From: Octopus vulgaris
Lineage: Eukaryota
Assembly: GCA_951406725.2 (NCBI GenBank)
Contig: OX597830.1
Location: 25,420,001 to 25,484,000, forward strand
DNA length: 64,000 nucleotides
Reading direction: 5' to 3'
Below the pieces are notes generated by a model. It ran no database searches and was not told the DNA's origin. It saw nothing but the letters and a program-made list of their open reading frames with translations. How positions within the stretch are numbered: the stretch's first letter is position 1; every line of letters begins with the position of its first letter. A program made the translations under genes and the position numbers. This document shows, one piece after another, positions 25,491-40,087 of this stretch.

Positions 25491-26471
25491 GTATGCTCTT
25501 TGTCGTTTTCTTTTAGTCAGTTACAAGAATCAGTGGGGGTGGGCTTTACGTGTTTTTTTTTTGACTGACTATAAACCGCGGTTACATCTTCCTCAAATGC
25601 TTCACATGCCTGCAGGTTATACAGCGAATATTAGTTTGCGTGTGTGCTTTTGGATTAGTATTTGATTGGTTCTGGGTTTGAATAGATGCTGGCGTGCGTA
25701 AAAGAATTTGTGAATAAAAAGGCGCGAATTTGCGGAGTTGAATTTCCACGTGTACTTGTCTGCTGTGCACTTTTAGTTGTCCAAAGGGTTACAAGAGTAT
25801 AAATTTAAACGTAATCAAAAAGGTACAGAAGTCTCTGATATATGTTTGCTATTTAAAGCGGTTCGGATTTGATTTAATTGAACTCTGGTTGCCTTTTCTA
25901 GAAGCCGATCACCCTCGTACAAGTACCTTTAGTCGCAACTGTTTAGCTCCACGCGGAAAAGACGTTGGAGAAACGGTCTAGCAGCCGTTACGATAAGATT
26001 TGGTTATTATCTCTAGCATTTTGAATGGCTACACAGAGGCTCCCACGTTCGTCAGTTGAGACTGTAGGTATTGTTTAGACCCTTAACATCCGTGATAATA
26101 TGCAGTTATGGTAAAAAGTATTCCATCGATGACAAACCTATCACTTTTTCAATCTCAGAGCATAGTGAACCGCACATTCCATTGTGTCCTTTATTTCCAG
26201 ACAGTAGGGTGTAATTTGATGGTTGTTTGAAGCACGTCGAATGTCAACGAAAAGGTTCCTTCCTCCTCATTGTTCCATGCCATTGTATAAAAGAAGGAAC
26301 CAACCACAGAAGAAAGCGTATGTACGCATGTATGTATGTATGTATGTATGCATGTATGTATGTATGTCTGTATGTATGTATGCATGCATGCATGCATATA
26401 TGTATGTATGCATGTATGTATATATGTATGTATGTAAGTATGCATGTATGTGTGTATATTTATATCTGTCC

Positions 26472-26553
<82 letters not shown>

Positions 26554-26932
26554 TTCTCTCTCTCTCTATGTATACAGACATACATACCTACACATTTAAA
26601 ACGGAAATGTATGTGAATATATATATAGATGTCTGTATGTGTGTGAGATATGCATGTGCACTCCCGACACCAAATCATTCTAATGGTATGAAGTCATTGT
26701 GGATTTGTAATTGGTGTCACTTGTCTAAAAAGTCGAACAAATGTTTCTTTAATATTGACAGGACGCACACACCCACACACACATTCTCAGACATACATGC
26801 ATGCATTAAAAAAATTCTTTCCAGTAAAGCGTTTTGCTCGTGGATTCTTGTCTTTTCTTTTCGATGGATTCTCGTCTTCCCGTGGCATATACACAACTCA
26901 CCGTAAATTAGTTCAACGTAGTTTAAATTAAA

Positions 26933-27110
26933 GATGGCAGGCTGGAAGAATCGTTAACACGTCGAATAAAATGCTTTGTGGCATTTCTTCCGGTTTTACG
27001 TTCGGAATTTAAGTTTCGTCGGAGTCGACTTAGCATTTCCGAATCAGTAAAATAAGTACCACTGGAGTATTGAGGTCGATGTAATTGACTAACTCCCTTC
27101 TACAAAAATT
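26933..27110 (+). mobile_element. Degenerate SINE family A
   Basis: gctggaagaatcgttaacac...gtcgacttagc...aaaataagtaccactgg...gtcgatgtaattgac. Confidence 0.8.
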
Positions 27111-27579
27111 ACTTGCTCCCTTCTACAAAAATTACTAGCCCCCTCCTATAAAAATTACTAGCTCCCTTCTATAAAAATTATTAGTTCCCTCCTATAAAAA
27201 TTACTAGTTCCCTTCTATAAAAATTACTAGCCCCCTTCTATAAAAATTACTAGCTCCCTCCTATGAAAATTACTAGCCCCCTGCTATAAATATTTCTAGC
27301 TCCCTTCTATAAAAATTACTAGCTCCCTTCTATAAAAATTATTAGTTCCCTCCTATAAAAATTACTAGTTCCCTTCTATAAAAATTACTAGCCCCCTTCT
27401 ATAAAAATTTCTAGCCCCCTTCTATAAAAATTACTAGCCCCTTTCTATAAAAATTACTAGCCCCCTTCTATAAAAATTACTTGCTCCCTTCTTTAAAAAT
27501 TACTAGCCCCCTTCTATAAAAATTACTAGCTCTCTTCTATAAAAATTACTAGCTCCCTTCTATAAAAATTATTAGCTCC
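27093..27579. repeat. 23-bp minisatellite, about 21 units
   Basis: Unit ctagc(t/c)cccttctataaaaatta. Confidence 0.95.
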
Positions 27580-28802
27580 GACAAAAAATAGAAAAAAAAG
27601 AAACAACTATTTAACGCAAGTTATTGCGTCGCTGTAAATGCATTGGTTATTTTATCGTCTGGTAATTAAATTTCTAATCAATTCATTGCCAGGACAAGAA
27701 ATTCATGCTTTTTAACCGCAGAGTAAATTATATCGTTAAGCATTATTTAAAGTATTTTTTTTTAATTTGCAGATGCTGCATTTTACTGACAACGTAGAAA
27801 AATAAATAAATAAATAATCCCCCTCTTTTTTTTTTAGGAGCACGAAAATTCCATCTTGCAATCTAGAAAGTTTTAGAAATCTTGGAAAAGGAACAATCGA
27901 GAAACGAAGTAAAAATCAACATTATATTCCTGCTGCAGAAATTCGATATTACGAAAAGAAATATAACGTCAGTGCAGCAAAATTTCAACAGATCGTCAGT
28001 GAATTTTAAAATAACAAAATACGGGCTTATTTAAGATGCATTGCTCACACTTTACCTTTTTGGATTGCTTCTTCTATTTTATAATTTAAAATGGCGTTAT
28101 TTTTTAACAGCTATTTTTTGTGTGATTATTTTTTTTTATAAGAAACGTTGACTTATTTTGCTTTGTTTTGTTCGTGGATATATGGAATAAATTTAATATT
28201 AATAATCTTATATTTGGCTTTGGATTTTACTTTCGTTGTTAAAGAAATATAACGTAATTTATTCAGCAGGTAAAAAAATTCATCAATTATGTTTAGCGAT
28301 GCACCTACTCTGCGGATAAAAAGCATGTGATCAACTTATCAATGACGTATTGTTTCGCTATGTATTTATGTTGTTATGAAATTACCCGGTGATATAATTA
28401 CAGGTAATTACCCACGATGACACTACGGGGTATCCATAAAAACTTAACATAATTAACAAAATTCCCTTAAACTTTACATGCAATTTTGTATGTAGATTCA
28501 TAAGAATGACCGTTTCAGGTACAGTTAAATTCCAACAGACTGGACGTCTACAACAACTGGACGTCTTTCGTAAAGTTTAGGTAGAATATAAAATCTCAAG
28601 GTGTCACAGAAAGGGATTGAACTCATGGTTACACAGCAAACTTATTAACAATTCTGACATATTTGAACCAGTTTTATTGTTAAAAATCAAGCTTAAAGTG
28701 ACTTTAGGTTTCGCCTATCGGCTCTTTCAACCAAACTGGTTGAACAAGCTGACAACGACGACGACGACGATGATGATGATGACGATCACGATGATGATGA
28801 TA

Positions 28803-28838
<36 letters not shown>

Positions 28839-29443
28839 GCAATAATGATGGTGATGATGACAACTATAGCTGTGCCGCTACCGCCGCCGCCACTTTCACC
28901 ACCGTTACTTTCGCCTCTTTCGCCGCCGCCACTTTCACCACCGTTACTTTCGCCTCTTTCGCCGCCGCCGCCGCTACTACTACCGCTTCTACCGCTGCCT
29001 CTGTCACCCCCCCCCGACTGCCCCACTGCAATCATTGTTGCACGTTTCCAATTATTAACCCATCTGAACGAATCAAATCATATCACCCCCGCCCCGCCCC
29101 GCGCCCTCCCTTCCAAAAACCTCCACCCCCACCCCACCCACCCCCAGACAATATCTAATCAATAAGACAAATATTATTATCCCCTCTTCTCTTCTAACGG
29201 TCAAACAATGCTTCTCTTCCTCCCTCCCTCCCAAAGCCAGACACCTTTCTACGGACAGGTACAGACACACCGCTAACCCCTAACGTCATCTTTCCTTACA
29301 ATGATTGTTGGCGACTGTTTTCACTGTAAACATCTCACTTAAAAGAGTGAAGCAAAATGTCAAGGAGGTATCATCGCATGGATAGATTAGATGGTAACAA
29401 TAGCACTGTAGTAGTAGTAGTGGTGGTGGTGGTAGTAGTAGTG

Positions 29444-29475
<32 letters not shown>

Positions 29476-29730
29476 TGTTGTTCTTATTGGTGTTGGTAGT
29501 GGTGGTGGTGGTGATAGTGGTCATGTTGCTGTAGTATTACTCCTAGTAATTGTTGCTGGTGTTGCTGTTGTTGATGGTGATAGTGGTTTTAGAGAGTTGT
29601 TACTGTTGGTAATGGTACTGGGGGGGGGGTGATGGTGGAAGTAGTAGTTTAGGAGTAGTAGTAATAATAGTAGTAGTAGTAGTACTACTAATAGTAGTTG
29701 CAGCATCAGCAGCACCATTTGTAGTAGTAA

Positions 29731-29771
<41 letters not shown>

Positions 29772-31181
29772 TTGGTTGTTATTTTTAGTGCTGTTGTTAC
29801 CGGCGGTGTTGTTGTTGAGGATAGTGGTGTTAGCGGTGGTGTTAATCAGTTATAGTAAAGCAGGCAGACATCAGATCAAAAGGCATTCTATCCATGACCA
29901 TCCTGTAGTTGTGTGACTGCATGTGTGTATGTCTATGTGACTGTGTGTGCTTCCATATACATACAATGTCAGCAGTTTGAAACTGACAAAGCACCAAAAG
30001 AAAAATGGGCGAAAATCCCCCACTTCTCAAATCTTTATTAATGAGAATGCAAAACGAGGTTTCCATGCAAGTAAATCTTCCCCGAGACTGTATGTATGCA
30101 TGAATGTATGCGTGTGTGAATGCATATATGTATGTATGTGTGTATGTACGTCCTACGTATGTATGTACGTACGTATGCATGCATGCATGCCTGTATGTAT
30201 GCATGTATGTATCTATATATGTATCTATGTATAAACGTACGTACGTACGTATGTATACACGTATGAACGTATGTGTGGATGTACGTACATATGTATGTAT
30301 GCATGCATGCCTGTATGTATGCATGTATGTATCTATGTATGTACGTACGTCCGTGTGTATACATGTATGTATGTATGCATGAATGTATGCGTGTGCGTAT
30401 GTATGTATGCATATATACATGTATGTATGCATGCATGCATACGGGCAGGTATGCATGTATGTTTTTTATGTATGCATGCATGCATATGTGCATGTATGTA
30501 TGACTGTATTATTTTATTCTTTTACTTGTTTCAGTAAATTGACTACCATCACTTGACAACCGATATTGGTGTGTTTATGTCCCCGTAACTGAGCGGTCCG
30601 GCAAAAGTCACCAATAGAAAAAGTTCTGGAGCCGATTTGTTCGACTAAAACCCCTTAAGGTGGTTTTCAGCATGACCACAGTCAAATGACTGAAACAAAT
30701 AAAAGAATAAAAGAATGTAATTTGAGAGTGATTTGACTGACATTACCAGCAGCTATAGCGACCATGTAGAGGCTATCAAGTTTCGTTTAAGCCAAAGGTT
30801 TATCATATGGGATATATTCGATCGATGACGGCGGTAGTGTTGTTAGACATGGTACCCTTAGAAGCAGAAAGGGGAGAAAGGACCCCAGTAATGGCTAGTA
30901 GTGTAGTTACAAGATGATCCTTTATACATTGAAAGGGGTCGGGGTAGGGTCGACTTGTTTGTCACGTATGAAACGTTTTGGCAACCTCTATTTACCTCTG
31001 TCACCCATATCTGAAATGGAGAAAGTGTGACGAAGCATAAGTTTTGTTAGACTCTTCACTAGAAGAAGCGAGAAACTAGAGGTAACTGGAAGACGGATGG
31101 GGTATAAACTAATTTGTTAATAGGCCAAGATGTATATGGAACGCATATGTTCACAATACGTTCACTCATACATGAACACAC

Positions 31182-31226
<45 letters not shown>

Positions 31227-31274
31227 TATAGTTTCTTATTTTTCTATTTGTAGCATTTTTACCGACATTCATAT

Positions 31275-31458
<184 letters not shown>

Positions 31459-31563
31459 CTATATATGAGTTTATGAATTATCCTCCAGGGGATCTGAGAA
31501 ACATTACAAGATGAAAACGACACGTGTGTATATGTAAATGTGTGATATATATATATATATCTC

Positions 31564-31621
<58 letters not shown>

Positions 31622-33022
31622 GAGTGAGAGAGAGAGAGAGAGAGATGGAGAACTAGAGAGAGAAGGGGAGAGAGAAAAAGAAAGAGAGAAAGATGCAGAG
31701 AGACGGAAGCATAGATAAACAATAAGTTTCATAATTTAAACGGAAATATAGCAGAGAACAAAAAGCCAAAGACAAGATAAATGATAGGTTATGGCCGCTG
31801 TTGTCGTCTGCTTCATTCAGTCTGCGTCAGACGTCGCATTTAAATATTTTTTTTATCAATGTTACTTGATTTTAAAATAAAAGAAAGAAAAAGCCGAGAT
31901 ACATGAATTTCAGTAAGAGTTGCCCTTCTATTTCGCCTTCCTATTGGCAAATATTTGTCACTTAAGTTTGGTCAGACATTTTGGTACGTGTGTATGTTTG
32001 TATGTACGTTTCTATGTATATACATATGTATGTACGTTTATATGTATGTGTATGTATTTTATCATTGTTGATTATTTGATTGCTTCATTTAAAGAAGGAG
32101 CTGGTAACTAGCAAAGAAACAAAGTGTGTTACATTCTTCTTTCATATGAATAGGATGTATGTCTGTACGTATATGAACTTACACCAGTAGCTGTATGTGT
32201 ACGTATATTTTCGTTAATGTGTGTTTGTGTATGTATGTATATATGTATGTATGCATGTGTGTCTGTATGTATGTATGTATGTATGTATGTATATCAGTAG
32301 AGAACTATGAGGATGACAATGTAAGCGTGCTGTACCACATTACTGGGAGTAAGAGGCGCCTAGTTCTGGTTAGGACATCACTCTCGAAGGAAAAATGATG
32401 TAAACCTTCCGCTCATCGTTGAACAGAGATTGGGATTGGTTGAGTGTAAGGCCTCTTCTCACATTGAGAAATAGAAAAAGTATTATGCACAGGCATCACT
32501 TGATGTACCAGCATCAAAATCATTATAGATAGATTCAGAAATGATTTAAGCGAGGGCTATACTCGAGAACGAGGAACCAGCTCTCATGTATGTATGTATA
32601 TGTGTATGCATGTATGTATGTATGTATGTATGTATGTATGTATGTATGTATGTATGTATGTATGTATGTATGTATGTATGTATGTATGTATGTATGTATG
32701 TATGTGTGAGTACTTTGAGGTTATGTAGGTATAAGTGTTAATGTTTGGGGTTTATTTAAAGTCCTAAGCATCAACAAACCACTTTCTGAGATTTATGGCA
32801 CACATTGATTCGACAGTAACTTCAAGTATCGTCTGCAGTGACTTATTCAACCAGTTTACGCACGCACACACACACACACACACATACATGCATTCATACG
32901 TACGTACGTACATACATACATACGTATTTATATATATATATACATATATATATATACATGTACATACATATATACACACATCCATCCATACACTGCCATA
33001 TTGGCATATATATGTTTACAAA

Positions 33023-33064
<42 letters not shown>

Positions 33065-33067
33065 GTG

Positions 33068-33110
<43 letters not shown>

Positions 33111-33185
33111 GTGTATATACATATACACATAAATTTATGCACAAATAGGTATGTATGTGTATGTGAATGGATACATTATGTGTGT

Positions 33186-33219
<34 letters not shown>

Positions 33220-33393
33220 ACACACATACATACATACACACACGCGCACACACACATACAAGCGCGCGCACACACACACACACACATGTAATATATGTGT
33301 ATTTACGCATCTGCTTGAACATTGTGTGCAGATAAGCACACACACTCAGATTTATTACACAAGCACACACACGCATACATATATTCATGCATG

Positions 33394-33446
<53 letters not shown>

Positions 33447-33710
33447 CACATTTACATGCTTTTCCTTCACGAGTCGTATAGTGAAGTAGCTATGTTAATA
33501 TCTTCAACTATTCAATGACATTGTTCAATACACGAATCTCTTTCTACATTTCTGTTACGGCGACCAAACTGTTTTGTGTGCTAGCATAATCATGTCTCAC
33601 AACTATCAGCATCATGATCATCAACATCAACATCAATATCATGATCTCATGATTTTCACTCGTCACCTTCACCGCTATATCTAGCAGCAGCAGCAGCAGC
33701 AGCAGCACCG

Positions 33711-33900
33711 TGGAGGTGCAATGGCCCATTGGTTAGGGCAGCGGACTCGCGGTCGTAAGAACGTGGTTTCGATTCCCAGACCGGACATTGTGAGTGTTTA
33801 TTGAGCAAAAACACCTAAGCTTCACGAGGCTCCGGCGGGGGGAGGGTGAACCCCGCTGTACTCTTTCACCACAACTTTCCCTCACTCTTTCTTCCTACTT
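33711..33900 (+). mobile_element. 5' part of SINE family C
   Basis: ggaggtgcaatggcccattggttagggcagcggactcgcggtcg...ggtttcgattcc; matches 51704. Confidence 0.88.
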
Positions 33901-34639
33901 CTGCCACAAAGCAGAGGAACCATGGTGTAACCCACTATGGTGTGGTAAACTTTCAGACCCTAGTCTAGATTGCGAATCCTCTGTACCCCAGGATGGTTCA
34001 GCTCTCCACCCGTTAAAAGCCACCGTTTACAGAATGAGGATAACAACATAGCTTTCGCGCCCGTGTAACCGCCAGTCTATCGCGTCTGGTGGGTGGATCT
34101 TCAAGTTGCCGCATGCATTCTTAGTAGCTTAGAGTAGGCTCGAATTAGAGATTATTCTTTGTGGCTAATGGCGTGAGTCCTGATTGGAAGAAGAAGAAGA
34201 AGAAGAAGAAGAAGAAGAAGAAGAAGAAGAAGAAGAAGAAGAAGAAGAAGAAGAAGAAGAAGAAAAGGAAGCAGCAACAGCAGCGCCGCCTCCGCCGCCG
34301 CTCCTCTGCTCCTCTGTAGTAATAATGTCTTTATGTCTGTGGTTCACAGTAAGTTATATCTTTCGAAAGTGGGATCCCAACGAACGAAAGAACGAAGAAA
34401 AGCAAAAAATCTTTGGGACAAAAATCACTTAGGACAAAACATCAGTTGTGCAAAACAAAAAATCCTCTTAGTTAAAGATTTTCCAACAATGTTCCCTTCA
34501 TTATAGTGTTCTTTCAACAAGACATCTTTGATTAAAGTAGTGCTTCTCAACCATTTTTTGCCTATAGGCCCCTTTGCTTCCTATTTTAGGCATTCGGTGT
34601 CAAAAACTTATATTTTTATGATTAAATGTTGGTTTCGTT

Positions 34640-34877
34640 TTTGGTTTTGGTTTGCAAGATTCTTTATGTGAGTTCGTATATTGAAGCATATTTTGTTATG
34701 TCTGGGGAGAGTCATTCTCTTTTAGTGCCTTATTATTTAACACACTCACCGGTAAAGTGTGACTTAACTATTGAAAAGTTTGCAAAACGCAACGAAAATT
34801 TTAGGAAAAAATAAATGAGTGGAAACTTTACCGGTGAGTGTGTTAAAAGAGAATGACTTCCCCAGACCCAACAAAAT
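34640..34877. mobile_element. Fold-back element related to 911-1126, inside a hAT-like MITE (about 34540-35005)
   Basis: taacacactcaccggtaaagt/actttaccggtgagtgtgtta and gtctggggagagtcattctctttta/taaaagagaatgacttccccagac; host begins tagtgcttctcaacc. Confidence 0.75.
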
Positions 34878-35009
34878 TAAATATTAAGAATTGTATAAAA
34901 CATTGTTAAAATATATTGTGTTTAGTAGAATTATAAATAGTTTGTTGTATATAAATTTTAACAAGAAACTTTTATGTGGACACACAAGGGTCATATGAAC
35001 CACCGGACT

Positions 35010-35235
35010 TACTCTTTTACTTGTTTCAGTCATTTGACTGCGGTCATGCTGGAGCACCGCCTTTAGTCGAGCAAATCGACCCCAGGACTTATTCTTTGTA
35101 AGCCTAGTACTTATTCTGTCGGTCTCTTTTGCCGAACCGCTAAGTTACGGGGACGTAGACACACCATCATCGGTTGTCAGGCGATGTTGGGGAGGACAAA
35201 CACAGACACGCAAACATATACACACACATACATAC

Positions 35236-35290
<55 letters not shown>

Positions 35291-35452
35291 CACATATATA
35301 CGACGGGCTTCTTTCAGTTTTCGTCTACCAAATCCACTCACAAGGCTTTAGTCGGCCCGAGGCTATAGTAGAAGACACTTGTCCAAGGTGCCACGAAGTG
35401 GGAATGAACCCTGAACCATGTGGTTGGTAAGCAAGCTACTAACCACACAGCC
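35010..35452 (-). mobile_element. Full-length SINE family B
   Basis: Reverse complement of 20156-20563. Confidence 0.92.
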
Positions 35453-35834
35453 TCTCGACAAAATCCCTTGATTAGGGTTTTCTCGATACTTCTTTTGCTT
35501 CATTAAAGTTTTCTCCCAAATTCCCTTAATTCAAAAGCCCCTTGGTTAATATTTTCGACGAACCTTCCTTAGTTAAAGAGTTTCGACAAAACTTCTTTTG
35601 GGTAAAAGTTTCAGAAAAAAATCTTGATTAAAGTTTTTTCGATAACGTCCTGTAAAGATTTTAAACAAAATCTCCTTCGATAAAGTTTCTTGACGAAATT
35701 CCTTAGTTACAGTTATCGGATCCTCTTCTGGCTTAAAATTTTCTTCACCAACATACTTTTGAGCTCTTTCTCAAAATATTATCAATCGAAATCATGAATG
35801 TAACGCGAACTTAAAAATTCTTTGTAATGTAGAC

Positions 35835-36261
35835 ACAAAGCCTGAAATTTTGCAGGAGATGTCTGCTCCATTACATCGACTCCAGCGCTCAGTTGGTATT
35901 GATTTTATCGACTCCGAAAGGATGAAAGGCGAAGTCGACTACGGCGGAATTTGATCTCAGAACGTAATGCCGGAAGAAATGCTGCTAAGCATTTTGACCG
36001 ACACACTAATGATTCTGCCAGCTCGCTATCTTGAGGATGTAAATAATGATTTCAAATTTTGGTACAAGGCCGGTAATTTCGAGGGCGGGGGTTAGTCGAT
36101 TACATCGACTCCAGGAGCCAACTGCCACTTAATTTATCGACTCCGAAAGGAAGAAAGGCAAAGTCGACCGCGGTGGAGTTTGGACTCAGAATTTAAAGTC
36201 GGAAGAAATGTCGCTAAGCATTTTGACCAACGCATTAACGATTCTGTCAGCTTGCTGCCTT
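35835..36261 (-). mobile_element. Two tandem SINE family A copies
   Basis: Two head-to-tail reverse-complement copies. Confidence 0.85.
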
Positions 36262-36857
36262 GAAGACACATATAATGAGATATTACCCCTCATCTTTTTA
36301 GTTATTTTCGTGCGTTAGGGTTAAATTTTTTCTTCAAGGACTTATAAAATTACATCACACTTTGTCAACCCATCTGTTATTTCTATATTTACTGTTAGCT
36401 CAACCTTTAGTATTTTAATTCTAACGGACATTCGTTTTTGTTAAACAAATGTGGTTTAAAATATAAAGTATTGTGGCTGGTTAGAAATAGATAATGATGA
36501 TTTAAGAGGATTAAAGTAAAGAAGAAAAAAAACGAGAGCGTATGAGAGAAAAATACAGGGAAGAAAATGAAAAATATGACCTGGAAGCGACACACGTAGA
36601 AAGTAAGAGAGGGGGAGAGGAAGAAAGAAAAAGAAGAGTAAGAGAAAGGGAGAGTGCGGTCAATAATAGTTTTCTTGTTGGTTTGTTTTCTTTGTCTTAC
36701 ATTTGTTTTTTTTCTCCCACTCTAACCTTCTTTCTTTCTTTCTTTCTGTCTGTCTGTCTCCCTGTCTGTCTGTCTCCCTGTCTGTGTCTCTCTTTTTCTT
36801 TATATTTTTTCCTTCCTTCTCTTTTTTCCACTTTCTTTCCTTCTTCCCGTCTTTTTT

Positions 36858-36896
<39 letters not shown>

Positions 36897-37578
36897 CTCT
36901 TTCTTTCGTTTTTTCTTTCTAGCTCTTCTTTCTCTTCTCATTTATTTTCCTTCCTTTATCCTTCACCAATACATCCATCAACCCATCGACCAATCAAAAC
37001 CGTTCCAGCAGTGACCATTCCGTCTCTTTTTCTTTTTTATATTTTTCATCAGACATAAGTGTATCTAGGTATATACATTACCAATCAACCACCAAGCCAC
37101 CCACCCTAATAACCTATCCATTCCAGCACCACTCCAGCAATATAACCGTTCAACCAACCAAACACCAAACCCACATACCTACCCGTCCACCCAAGCATTC
37201 TTTACTTTATTCCCTCTCCATCCCAACCTCATATGGCTTTCACCCCACCACGAGTCCTTTACACTGCCCCACCTTTGTCCTTAAACAATTCTGCGACATT
37301 CATTTTAAGTTAAACAATGATAAGTCAGGTTTTCACTCAAAGGTGGGCGCCAAGTTGCTATTGTTGTTGCTGCAGTTGTTACTGTTGTTGTTGTGGTAGG
37401 TGTCTTCTTGAAGCATACGAATAGCTGCTGTGGTTTTTTTTTGGGAAGAGCGAGGCCCAGTGGTTAGAGGTGTTCGGCGTTTCAAGTGAAACTAGTTTGC
37501 ATTGCAATCTGCGTATTAAGGCACATCATGAGGCGGAGATAGTTTTAATAAATTATGAATTTATGTTGTATGGTATTT

Positions 37579-37612
<34 letters not shown>

Positions 37613-38602
37613 TGTATGTATGTATGCATGCATGCATGTATTTATGTATGTATGTATGTATATATGTACGTACGTATGTATGTATGCATGTGTATATTTA
37701 TATATATATGCGTCACACACACATGCCACCACCATCACACGCACACACACACGCTACCGTACACACACGCTATCACACACACACGCTACCGTACACACAC
37801 GCTATCACACACACACATGCTACCACATACACATGCACACACACATACACGCAAGTACCAACCATTCTTCACACTCTCCTGTCCCTAAAAGCACTATTCT
37901 TTTTGTCCATCTACTTCTGGTCATTTCAAAAACGTAACTACACGTGGACAGTTGGCGATTTTTTCTTAACTTTTATATGATGTTGCTGAAAAGATTTCTT
38001 TTGTTTATACTGACCATGGAAGCAACGAGGTTTTTGGTGCTACTCTAGTCCACTTTTACGTTATTTTATTGAATATCTTACAGAAACTACGAGCTATGGT
38101 AAGATGCTTATTTATAACGCTCGGAAAACCTCTGGCATCTTAACAACAAACATTTAAACTACAGGAAGGATTCTATCATGATATTTCGTTTTTGATCTTG
38201 CGTTTATAAATATTAGTGTTGTTCTGAATGTAATATATTCTATCTTTGAATCCTCTGTACGTATATTAAGGTAATTCTAATATTGAAGAAAAAGATGAGA
38301 AAGTTCTTCCTCAGCGAATAAGTTTGTTATGCGCTTACTAATGTTATTAAATAAATTGAATTAATAACCACATCGCCCGCCATTCAGCCGCATTAATGTC
38401 TTAAAAATGGAGGATATACACTGGACAATGAAGTTTTAGATATCCCTAAACATCGACGGTCATGACTGGAATATCTTTGATAATAGATCAGTTTAATGAA
38501 TGTTGATTGAGGCTAAACACACCCACCACTAACTGAGAGCCCATCGAGTCAACCAAGGATAGACGTATATGGATGATTATATATATATATATATATATAT
38601 AA

Positions 38603-38655
<53 letters not shown>

Positions 38656-38739
38656 CATATATATACATACATACACACACACACATATATATATATACAT
38701 AGATACATGTATAATGGATGTATGTATATATTCATATGT

Positions 38740-38793
<54 letters not shown>

Positions 38794-38807
38794 TTTTTTA
38801 TAGAAGG

Positions 38808-38858
38808 AGCTTCTACAGGACTAGAACTGTTTCATTCAGATGAAATCTTCAGGAAGCT
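38808..38858 (-). ncRNA. Complete type I hammerhead ribozyme motif
   Basis: Minus: AGCTTC CTGAAGA T TTC ATCT GAA T GAA ACAG TTCTAGTC CTGT A GAAGCT; 6-bp stem I, 3-bp stem II, 4-bp stem III, GUA triplet. Confidence 0.85.
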
Positions 38859-38895
38859 GGCTGTCAAAAAAAAAAAATATATATATATGTATATA

Positions 38896-39203
38896 GGCGC
38901 AGGAGTGGCTGTGTGGTAAGTAGCTTGCTTCATAACTACATGGTTCCTTGGGCAAGTGTCTTCTGCTATAGCCTCGAGCCGACCAAAACCTTGTGAGTAG
39001 ATTTGGTAGACGGAAACTGAAAGAAGCTCACCATCGCTTGACAACCGATGCTTGTGTGTTTACGTCACTATAACATAGCGGTTCGGCAAAAGAGAACGAT
39101 AGAATAAGTACGAGGCTTACAAAGAAGTCCTGAGGTTGATTTGTTCGACTAAAAGGCGGTGCTCCAGCATGGCCGCAGCCAAATGACTGAAACAAATAAA
39201 AGA
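38896..39203 (+). mobile_element. SINE family B with internal deletions
   Basis: ggcgcaggagtggctgtgtggtaag...gactgaaacaaataaaaga. Confidence 0.9.
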
Positions 39204-39285
39204 ATATATATGTATATATAGACATACATATATATGTATGTGCATGTACACATACACATGTACCTATATATGCATATATATATTA

Positions 39286-39614
39286 AAGACCCCCTTCGGT
39301 CATGAATGACCATGGGATTGCACCTAGAAAGTTACCCTCCTAGACACAAGTCCGGGCAAGGTTGTTTATGGAAGGCCAGCAGTCGCCCATGCATACCAGC
39401 CTCCCCTCTCCACGCCACCAGTGTTATCCAAGGGAAAGACAAAGGTCGATACAGCTTGGCACCTGTGACGTCGCAACTCATTTCTACAGCTGAGTGAACT
39501 GGAGCAACGTGAAATAAAGTGCCTTGCTCGAGAACACAACACGCAGCCCGGTCCGGGATTCGAGCTCACAACCTCACGATCGTAAGCTCGACGCTCTAAC
39601 CACTGAGCCATGCG
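39286..39614 (-). mobile_element. tRNA-derived CORE-like SINE (family E)
   Basis: Minus: gcatggctcagtggttagagcg...gagctcgaatcccgg...ctcgagcaaggcacttt; older relative at 47090-47365 (-). Confidence 0.85.
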
Positions 39615-39781
39615 ACGTGTATATGCATATATATTTGTATATATAGGTATGTGTGTGTGCGCGCGCGTGCGTGTGTCTGCATGTAACTATGAGTACAAAT
39701 GAACCTACATGTGAATAAAGACTAAAGAAAGAGGGAAGAAGGAAGAAAAGAGAGAATGTATACGTGTTCTTGTTTTGTGTG

Positions 39782-40087
39782 CAGAGCCAGATTTACCACT
39801 GTACTAAGGTGCGCTTAAGTACAGGGACCCTTTGACTAGGGATGGAGGGCGTCTTCCTGTCCCTCACCAAATTTTTACGATGAATTTTTCAAATGTTAAG
39901 CGTTCAAATGTTTCTCCTAAAAGTTATAAAAGTGAAATTAGTAATGTGAACGCTTTTACGCGATATTTTTTAACATAAAGGTGCCAGGGCCAAATAAGGG
40001 TCTTCATAAATAAGGCCCCCTTCCCCTCGGTAAGGGGCCTCATAATTTAACTAGCACAGAGTCTCATTTGTCCTAAATCCGGCACTG
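39782..40087. mobile_element. hAT-like MITE
   Basis: TIRs cagagccagattta / taaatccggcactg; imperfect 8-bp TSD tttgtgtg/gttgcgtg. Confidence 0.6.

Noticed and set aside
27093-27579. CRISPR-like array
   Set aside because: Head-to-tail units without unique spacers, eukaryotic context, no cas genes.
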